Origin: a virus
DNA length: 64,000 nt
Virus record (IMG/VR): IMGVR_UViG_3300020057_000029
Location: 64,001-128,000 of that record
Reading direction: 5' to 3' (one strand)
Of this stretch, positions 57,468-64,000 are shown piece by piece. The translations under genes were made by a program, and so were the position numbers. The notes below the pieces were generated by a model. That model did not search any database, was not told where the DNA came from, and was given only the letters and a program-made list of their open reading frames with translations. Position 1 is the stretch's first letter. Each line of letters begins with the position of its first letter.

Positions 57468-58148
57468 ATGAGAATAGACGCAATTTCAGACACACACCGC
57501 AAGCATGAACATTTTTCACTAAAAGGTGGAGATGTTTTGGTTTGTAGCGGTGACATATGTTCTCGCGGATCGCTAGATGAAGCTATAGATTTTCTTACTT
57601 GGTTCGAAGTTCAGCCATATAGGTACAAAATACTTGTTCCTGGCAATCATGACTGGGTGTTCGAGAGGAATCCTTCTTTAATGGATGCTGAGTGTGATAT
57701 TCGCAATATAATTTTACTAAATGACTCAGGAATTGTCTTAGAAGGCGTAAGATTTTGGGGTTCCCCAGTCCAACCTAGATTTTGTGATTGGGCCTTTAAC
57801 CGAGATCGTGGAGCGGATATTAAAAAACACTGGGATCTCATACCTGTAGATACCGATGTTTTGATCACTCATGGGCCTCCTGCTGGTATTTTGGACTATG
57901 TTGCTCACGGCGGGTCTGTAGGCTGTCACGATCTTTTGAATAAGATCATGAGAACTGATGTAAAACTTCATATTTTCGGCCACATACATATGGGTCGTGG
58001 TACCATGAAAGTTGGAAACAAGTTGTTTGTAAACGCAGCAAGTTTAAATGAACAATATCAGCCAGTTGAAGGCGTTCCTCACAAGATAAAGCTGCTAAAA
58101 AGTGGCGAATTTAAGGTTCTATCCCAAAGAGCAAAGCAATCTTTATAG
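57468..58148 (+). CDS. Metallophosphoesterase (MPPED/239FB-like)
   Basis: ISDTH, SGD, PGNHD, LITHGPP, HIFGHIH. Confidence 0.85.
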   Translation: MRIDAISDTHRKHEHFSLKGGDVLVCSGDICSRGSLDEAIDFLTWFEVQPYRYKILVPGNHDWVFERNPSLMDAECDIRNIILLNDSGIVLEGVRFWGSPVQPRFCDWAFNRDRGADIKKHWDLIPVDTDVLITHGPPAGILDYVAHGGSVGCHDLLNKIMRTDVKLHIFGHIHMGRGTMKVGNKLFVNAASLNEQYQPVEGVPHKIKLLKSGEFKVLSQRAKQSL

Positions 58149-58200
58149 AGTACATGTCACTGGCATTTTGCTAGTGTCTATTCTTTTAAGGAGAATTGTC

Positions 58201-58479
58201 ATGGCCCTAAGTAAACGAACCAAAGATATTATGATCGTAGCAATGGCTGATAAAAAAGCCGCTAACGAACTTGCCGATGCAGTAGCTGCTGGCAGTAACC
58301 CCCAGGCTACTTCTGTCGCTGCTCTCGGAGCTCTTGCTGACGTAGGCTTTGTAGACGTAGCAGATGTCGGTCCAGCGGACTTAGCATTAGCTGCTGATGT
58401 TGACGCTAGGATTAGCAGTGTTCAGGGTAAAATCGATGCCGTTATCGCTGCTCTAAAAGCAGCTGGATTGATGGCTTAA
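58201..58479 (+). CDS. Head decoration/fibre-like small protein
   Basis: AAGGAG RBS before ATG 58201; C-terminal IDAVIAALKAAGLMA. Confidence 0.55.
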   Translation: MALSKRTKDIMIVAMADKKAANELADAVAAGSNPQATSVAALGALADVGFVDVADVGPADLALAADVDARISSVQGKIDAVIAALKAAGLMA

Positions 58480-58604
58480 TTTAACTCATCTATCTAAAGA
58501 TTGGGAACCACTACCTCTTTTACGAGAGGCGCGAGAATTCTTGATTTTCAAAACGTATTATCGCTAGAGCCAGGGCAAGAAGCTTAAACAGCTGACTTCC
58601 CTGG

Positions 58605-59231
58605 CTAGTTTTTTGTCAATTTTTCCGCCAGATCACGAAGCTGTTCTTGAACACCTTCAACGCTACGTTCAGCGTCGATGAGCTCGACTTTCACTCCAGT
58701 TTGCTCAATATATTTCATAAAACTTTGATATACGAGCTCTTGAAAACCAGGGCCTTTTGCTTCAATGGCATCAACAAACCCATTGCGTTTGCCACGACGT
58801 GCAAGAGCAGTTTCGGGAGCCAATGACAAGAAAACCACCGCGTCAGGAAGCTTAGTGTGTTTAACAACAACATTCATGTAGAATTCTTGAGTAAACTCAG
58901 GATTTACGTTATGGTCAGTGTATGCCAAATGAGATAGCCATCCACGATCACTTACGATAAAATCATACTTATCTGCCACAGTGGCATAGAAACGCTGGTT
59001 TTCATTGCGCATTGCAGCAAATACATACTCCATCGATCTGCCGTCCATGCCAGCAGCTGGGTCCAAAATAAGCTTGCGTAGAGCTACGCATACTGGAATA
59101 TGAGGACTGCCCACTTCTCTAGTGTCCAGAACTCTATAGCCACGTTCTTTTAGCTGATCGATAAAATAGGCCCAAGCAGTAGTTTTGCCAGAACCGTCAA
59201 TTCCTTCAAATTCAATAACTCTTGCGTTCAT
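58605..59231 (-). CDS. tmk: Thymidylate kinase
   Basis: FEGIDGSGKTT, TRE, SDR...S.LAY, PD. Confidence 0.9.
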   Translation of the reverse strand: MNARVIEFEGIDGSGKTTAWAYFIDQLKERGYRVLDTREVGSPHIPVCVALRKLILDPAAGMDGRSMEYVFAAMRNENQRFYATVADKYDFIVSDRGWLSHLAYTDHNVNPEFTQEFYMNVVVKHTKLPDAVVFLSLAPETALARRGKRNGFVDAIEAKGPGFQELVYQSFMKYIEQTGVKVELIDAERSVEGVQEQLRDLAEKLTKN

Positions 59232-59329
59232 TTTTTTGTTCTCCTAAGTACTTGAAAATATGATATAATTATATTAATAAACTGGTTGTTCCAATCTTAA
59301 GAATATAGCTTACCCTATCTGGAGTCAAA

Positions 59330-59719
59330 ATGTCTAGACTTTCTGTTAAAATCATCAAAAATTATTACAACAACAATATGTTTGCATATGCGAATGAATG
59401 GATCATTCGTGCTAATGAGCCAAATCTCCTTTATTTTCAGCTAGTTGACTTAGACAATGATAGCCTGCGCTATATGCCCTCTGTCCCAACTCTGGTATAT
59501 ATGAAGCTTCTTTCGATTGATAGCGCCGATGTCATCATGGCACCTGCAAGCCTGGCTGACCCGCTAGACACCTCTATTTGGAAAATTAGCTTAGGTGCCA
59601 GCCAGATTCCCAAAAGCGGCAACGTGGCCTTCCAGATCTCTGAAAATGGCGTTATTCGCACGTTCAGCATCCTAAACGGGATCAGCGTAGAGTATCCTGG
59701 AAATGATGGGTCGTGCTAA
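59330..59719 (+). CDS. Probable structural protein
   Basis: GGAG RBS; candidate late promoter upstream. Confidence 0.55.
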   Translation: MSRLSVKIIKNYYNNNMFAYANEWIIRANEPNLLYFQLVDLDNDSLRYMPSVPTLVYMKLLSIDSADVIMAPASLADPLDTSIWKISLGASQIPKSGNVAFQISENGVIRTFSILNGISVEYPGNDGSC

Positions 59720-60547
59720 ATGTTTTTCCCTCAAAGTAAATCTCCACAAACCGCAATATACCCAGTTCACTGCAAAGAGGCTTCTGGATTATTGCGCCGT
59801 TGCGAACCCTTTTTGACTCCAACCCAATTGAAGAATCGGTTTTTGCTGGGCATTCCCTTAAAATTCGCCAACGACGATGTCTTAACGGACGAGATCCTAA
59901 AAGACCGTATTCATTTGGCAATGAACGAAGTAGAGCTTCTTTTGAATATTACCATTACCAGAGAAGCCTTTCAAGACAAGCTTCCTTTTGACTATCAGCT
60001 CTACAAAGCGTATATTAATCTAGTGTCAGAAAAAGGACCAATTATTAGTATTGAAAGTCTTGCTATCACAAGCGCTGACTTCAATAATATTTTCACAATT
60101 CCACCTGATTGGATCGAAACTTCAAATTTTTCAAAACGTCTTGTTAACGTGATCCCTCTATTGGCTGCCTATGGCGTAAACACCGTTCAGGGTGCAGTCG
60201 GAAATGCCGGTATAGCTTTTTTGGCCGTGATGGGTGGTTTGAGCTGGGTTCCTGCTTATTGGCAAATCAATTATACCGCAGGTCTTTCTAACAAAGAAGG
60301 TCAGGTGCCAGTACCAGTAAACGAGCTTATTGGGGTAGTAGCTGCTCTAAACACCCTTAGTCTTATCGCGCCTTCAAATATCTATAATAGCCAATCGCTA
60401 TCTCAAGATGGCATCTCACAGTCTTCGTCTGGTCTTGGACCTCGTTTGTACGAACTGAGAATTTCTGAACTTGAGAGAAAAAAAGAAGAGCTAACCAGAA
60501 AGCTCAAGGCTATCTTTTTCAGCAGGATAATATTCGGGAACATATAA
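59720..60547 (+). CDS. Head-tail connector/neck protein
   Basis: AMNEVELLLNITI, P.YWQINYTAG, SQSLSQDGISQS; position after the capsid genes. Confidence 0.65.
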   Translation: MFFPQSKSPQTAIYPVHCKEASGLLRRCEPFLTPTQLKNRFLLGIPLKFANDDVLTDEILKDRIHLAMNEVELLLNITITREAFQDKLPFDYQLYKAYINLVSEKGPIISIESLAITSADFNNIFTIPPDWIETSNFSKRLVNVIPLLAAYGVNTVQGAVGNAGIAFLAVMGGLSWVPAYWQINYTAGLSNKEGQVPVPVNELIGVVAALNTLSLIAPSNIYNSQSLSQDGISQSSSGLGPRLYELRISELERKKEELTRKLKAIFFSRIIFGNI

Positions 60548-61593
60548 TGGGTTTAAGTAAATTTTTGCTACAATCTATGTCAGAGCACAAGGATAAGGTC
60601 AAAGGGCCTCATTTCCTGTTTTCTGCAGAGAACCCTCGTTTTCCGCAAAAAACTACGCTAAGCCACGAAGACGTTGTAAAACATCTAAAAGGTGCGGGTT
60701 TTGATGCGCACGAAGTGAATGGTCATTATGGATCTCCCGAGCGCAGCATTGCTGTTTATGGCGTGAGTAAGGTTCAGGGAGAAGAGCTTCACGACATGGC
60801 TTCCCGTTTAGGTCAAGATAGCTCTATTTATTCCAATGGTAAACAGCACGAAATGCGCTTTCATCATGGAGAAAATGCTGGCAAAGCCCATTATGGAGAA
60901 GGCACTAAGTGGCATTTGCAAAAGCCAGCAGACTATTTTACCACCCTTCCTGGCGGACATCACCATTTTACCCATGATTTCAAATTTGACACCTTACACC
61001 CAGCGGGCCAGTTACACAATGTTCACGAGATGCTTGGTAAGCAAGTTTCTGCAGAGCACAAAACCGCTCAAGAAGCTGTTGCTTCGCCTTTAAACCAAAA
61101 ACTTGAGAGTGATCATGACACCAATATGAAAGGTATCAAGGATGGTCTTAAGGACGACATAAAGAAAAACGAACAAGAGCGTATAAAACTTGTTCATTTT
61201 TCCTCTCAAGGCGATCTAAAACATATTGACCCTAATTTCAAACAAACTGGGGTAGACGCTGGAAAAAAGGGCAGAGATACTTTTCATCCTCACTCATTCT
61301 ATTACGTAGAGGGCACTGAACCTGAACAGATCGTTGTGAGTCAAAGCCGTCACAAATATAAGACCAGCATAAACCCTGCTGAAAAACCTGTATACGATCT
61401 CGGTCATGATCCAAAAGGTGTGGTCGATGAAGCAATTAAGGAAAACCAGGGCGTTTTAAACATGGACATGGTTCATGAAAAATTAAAAGATGCTGGGTTT
61501 CACGGATTTAGAAACTCAAAACACCCTAGTCTATCTAATGTGGTCGGAATGTATCATCCTTTGGCAGTGGAGCATCATGAACAAATCAGATAA
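60547..61593 (+). CDS. Two-domain protein: SAM-lyase-like N-domain plus ART-like C-domain
   Basis: LFSAEN...GHYGSPERSI...LGQDSSI...YFT; then IKK|N and LVHFS...LKDAGFHG. Confidence 0.55.
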   Translation: MGLSKFLLQSMSEHKDKVKGPHFLFSAENPRFPQKTTLSHEDVVKHLKGAGFDAHEVNGHYGSPERSIAVYGVSKVQGEELHDMASRLGQDSSIYSNGKQHEMRFHHGENAGKAHYGEGTKWHLQKPADYFTTLPGGHHHFTHDFKFDTLHPAGQLHNVHEMLGKQVSAEHKTAQEAVASPLNQKLESDHDTNMKGIKDGLKDDIKKNEQERIKLVHFSSQGDLKHIDPNFKQTGVDAGKKGRDTFHPHSFYYVEGTEPEQIVVSQSRHKYKTSINPAEKPVYDLGHDPKGVVDEAIKENQGVLNMDMVHEKLKDAGFHGFRNSKHPSLSNVVGMYHPLAVEHHEQIR

Positions 61594-62665
61594 AACAGAA
61601 AATTTGGGTCAGGGCGTACACGAAGGGTATCAGCAACGCGCTAAACAGGGCGGCGATGTTCTGTTCCATGTAAAGCTTAAGGGTAGAACTTATCTTACGA
61701 ACGACATACCTCTTCACATGTCCTTGAAGGTGTTTTCCAACAAGGATGAAATGGACCTAGCTGAAATTAAAGCCAAGGTTAAAGAGTTTGACATCAAGGC
61801 TCCAGATCCTAAAAATCTTAAATTTAAAACAACTATTTTTACCTCAGAAAATGATGGTAAAGAATATTTCATGCTTTTGTGTGAAGGTTGTCCTGATAAT
61901 TATGAAAAATTCTACCATTCTTTTGGCAACAAAGGAACTCGTTATAAAAATTTCATGTCCCATGTGACCATTGACAAGCTATTGTACGATGCGATCAATG
62001 AAGACGGCGTAAAAGCTGAAGAGATCGAATTTAGCCCTCTCACTGTTGAGCATGGTGCTGACAATACTGTGCATATTTTTGAAGACAGTCTAGAAAAGTC
62101 TGAAGAGCTTCTTGAAAAAGGCAGTATGAAGCATTTAGCTTCTGCTTTGATTATGAGCACGGCCCTTGCTGGCGGATCTCACACTGCTCATGCTCCTAAA
62201 ACACCATCTGCAATCCATCAAGAACCTGAATACACACCAGCAAGAATGCTTGCTAGTATTTCTGATGTAGAAAGCTCTGGCGGAAAAGATACTAAACACG
62301 AAGCTCTTCCTGAGGGCGGGATACATCGTGGTGAAAAAGCTTATGGAAAATACGGACTAACACCTGTTGTTATACGCGAAACAATACATATGCACAAAGA
62401 CCTTGCGACAAAACATAAAAAAGCCTTAAACCTGCGTGGACAAGACATGTCTAACTATATGCAAGACAACCCTGAATTAGAAGACACGATTGCTCAGAAG
62501 CATTTACAAAGACTTGAACATCATTTTGGTCCAAAACCAGACGTTCTGGGCTATGCGTGGTTACAGGGAATTACTGGGACAAACAAGGCTCTGAAAACAA
62601 AAGAAGATATTAAAAGTCATTGGCATGTCAAAAAAATTAGAGATGCCTATCTAAGGGGTAAGTAA
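61577..62665 (+). CDS. 2H phosphoesterase (Acb1-like) plus lytic-transglycosylase-like polyprotein
   Basis: GGAG RBS before ATG 61577; LHMSL and SHVTI 82 aa apart; ISDVESSGG, AYGKYGLTP, YAWLQG. Confidence 0.6.
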   Translation: MNKSDKTENLGQGVHEGYQQRAKQGGDVLFHVKLKGRTYLTNDIPLHMSLKVFSNKDEMDLAEIKAKVKEFDIKAPDPKNLKFKTTIFTSENDGKEYFMLLCEGCPDNYEKFYHSFGNKGTRYKNFMSHVTIDKLLYDAINEDGVKAEEIEFSPLTVEHGADNTVHIFEDSLEKSEELLEKGSMKHLASALIMSTALAGGSHTAHAPKTPSAIHQEPEYTPARMLASISDVESSGGKDTKHEALPEGGIHRGEKAYGKYGLTPVVIRETIHMHKDLATKHKKALNLRGQDMSNYMQDNPELEDTIAQKHLQRLEHHFGPKPDVLGYAWLQGITGTNKALKTKEDIKSHWHVKKIRDAYLRGK

Positions 62666-63171
62666 TGGATATTAAAGCTGATGAAATATTGAGCGTAGAA
62701 GAAGCTGGAATGCTGGACAAACATCCTGTAAAAATGCTTCGCACAAAAGGTGGGTTTTGGATTGCCGTAGGTAGGCCAAAAGGAAAGCACAAGGATGAGG
62801 CGATTGGGGCAGGCAGTCACCCTGCTATCGTAAGGTACAACCTCGAAAAACAGTATCCAGCCTTTGAACCTGCCCTTATGAAGAGCGAAATGTTCAATGA
62901 CTCTGCTATCGTAGATAAACATTCCCATTTTCTTTCTGATGAATTGCGTAAATCTGGTTACGATGTTTACTCCGTTCAAGACGGCAAAGAAATAGAATTT
63001 CACGTAACCAAGCTCAATGCCTATGTTGCTACCGTAAAAGGCCAGCTACAGTCAGATGCGTTGGTTTTTAAAGTATTAGAAATGCCTAAAGAATTTACCA
63101 GAGCTATTGCTGGAGCGGCAACCGAAAAAGCCCTATCTTGTAATACGCCCAAAATCCGCATCGAGAAATAA
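62665..63171 (+). CDS. Hypothetical head-region protein with an internal LMK|SE site
   Basis: Coupled to the upstream gene. Confidence 0.6.
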   Translation: MDIKADEILSVEEAGMLDKHPVKMLRTKGGFWIAVGRPKGKHKDEAIGAGSHPAIVRYNLEKQYPAFEPALMKSEMFNDSAIVDKHSHFLSDELRKSGYDVYSVQDGKEIEFHVTKLNAYVATVKGQLQSDALVFKVLEMPKEFTRAIAGAATEKALSCNTPKIRIEK

Positions 63172-63172
63172 T

Positions 63173-63547
63173 ATGAGCGTAAAGATCTTTTATTCTAAAA
63201 AAATCGCTACTTACGATCCAGATAAGCCCTTGCAGCATCAGTTGAAAGGTTGCAAAAAGGTCGTAATAGAATACGAACCTAAAGATTCTTCCATCGATAG
63301 GTTTATTGATGAAATTGAACAACTTTGTGATAAAAACAATAGCACTGTCTTAAACATAAATTTGGTTCATAACGACTTTATAGCTGGTGCTAAGTTAAAA
63401 AAACGCGTAAAAAAATTAGAAACAAATACCTCTGTAAACACGCTTATAAAAATGATGGCGTCTGGGTATTCAGAAACAGATAAGAAACTGGAGCAAATTG
63501 CTTCTATCTGTACAGAGGGTGACTGCAATGGCAAAGAGAAAGCCTAA
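63173..63547 (+). CDS. Hypothetical protein
   Basis: ATG directly after the upstream stop. Confidence 0.55.
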   Translation: MSVKIFYSKKIATYDPDKPLQHQLKGCKKVVIEYEPKDSSIDRFIDEIEQLCDKNNSTVLNINLVHNDFIAGAKLKKRVKKLETNTSVNTLIKMMASGYSETDKKLEQIASICTEGDCNGKEKA

Positions 63548-64000
63548 CGGAATTCAGGCAGATACTATCAATCGATATAGCCCGTTTACTCAACTCTCTT
63601 TTGATTTGAAGAGACAGGATGTTTTCGTTACCAGTTTTGCTATTGATTTCTTGCATTACAAGGCTATGCCTAGCCCTATAGGCAAAAAAGATAGAGGCGA
63701 CTATCGCCGCCAAGATGGCGTAGATACGATCACGTCTAATGGTATGATTTATAAATGCTCTGGTGTTTTCTCAGCCACAATGGTGGATAATGAGCGTAAA
63801 CAGAGAAAAGGCGACATCGGCACTTTAGACCCTTCGACTGGTAGAATCATCATGCCTCGTTTTTACAACAAAGACGGTACCAAAGGCAACTTGGCAGATG
63901 GCAAACGTATCTATTTGGCACCAGGAGATCGGCTTTACATAGCAGATCCAGTTGCTGACGTGAAAGTAGAAAATTACCAGGAAATGGACTATGAGCCTGG
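63528..64000 (+). CDS. Probable neck/head-completion protein, runs off the window edge
   Basis: Open frame MAKRKPNGIQ...KAMPSP...LAPGDRL; GAGGG RBS. Confidence 0.55.
   Translation, partial: MAKRKPNGIQADTINRYSPFTQLSFDLKRQDVFVTSFAIDFLHYKAMPSPIGKKDRGDYRRQDGVDTITSNGMIYKCSGVFSATMVDNERKQRKGDIGTLDPSTGRIIMPRFYNKDGTKGNLADGKRIYLAPGDRLYIADPVADVKVENYQEMDYEP

Noticed and set aside
58564-58608. GCCAGGG/CCCTGGC inverted repeat as a mobile-element end
   Set aside because: It lies between convergent genes, there is no transposase nearby, and it is better explained as a terminator-like hairpin.
1-64000. Alternative genetic code (TAG or TGA recoding)
   Set aside because: Long core genes are intact in code 11, and all three stop codons end genes at sensible places.

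Overview
This window is a gene-dense 64 kb segment of a large tailed dsDNA phage read in the standard genetic code. About 1-36.3 kb is a minus-strand replication, recombination and transcription arm. It encodes an AEP-type primase, DnaB-like helicase, RecA/UvsX, UvsY-like mediator, gp32-like SSB, DnaE with a cis LAGLIDADG intein, DEDDh exonuclease, RNase HI, RuvC, SbcCD, a UvsW-like helicase, two sigma-like proteins, two ClpP-like and one S8 protease, a GroES-like protein and five pentapeptide-repeat paralogues. About 36.4-64 kb is a mostly plus-strand morphogenesis arm (GroEL, terminase, portal, gpF-like protein, prohead protease, scaffold, major capsid, neck proteins), interrupted by inverted metabolic genes and homing endonucleases. 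The main highlights are: (1) a terminase large subunit fractured into two genes by a naturally split intein, with the internally deleted relic of a homing endonuclease between the halves; (2) head-region polyproteins that appear to carry anti-defence domains (SAM-lyase-like, ART-like, Acb1-like 2H phosphoesterase, lytic transglycosylase) separated by the same hydrophobic-x-K-[S/A/G/N] motif that saturates the scaffold and prohead protease, suggesting protease-released capsid cargo; (3) an accordion-like pentapeptide-repeat gene array built from a small vocabulary of 15-nt modules; (4) a sigma factor lacking its region 4.2 HTH, a separate sigma4-like mini-protein and a candidate single-box late promoter AATCTT(A/T)A; (5) a tRNA-shaped ~160 nt ncRNA candidate. 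All family calls come from motif recognition by eye; no database searches were run.
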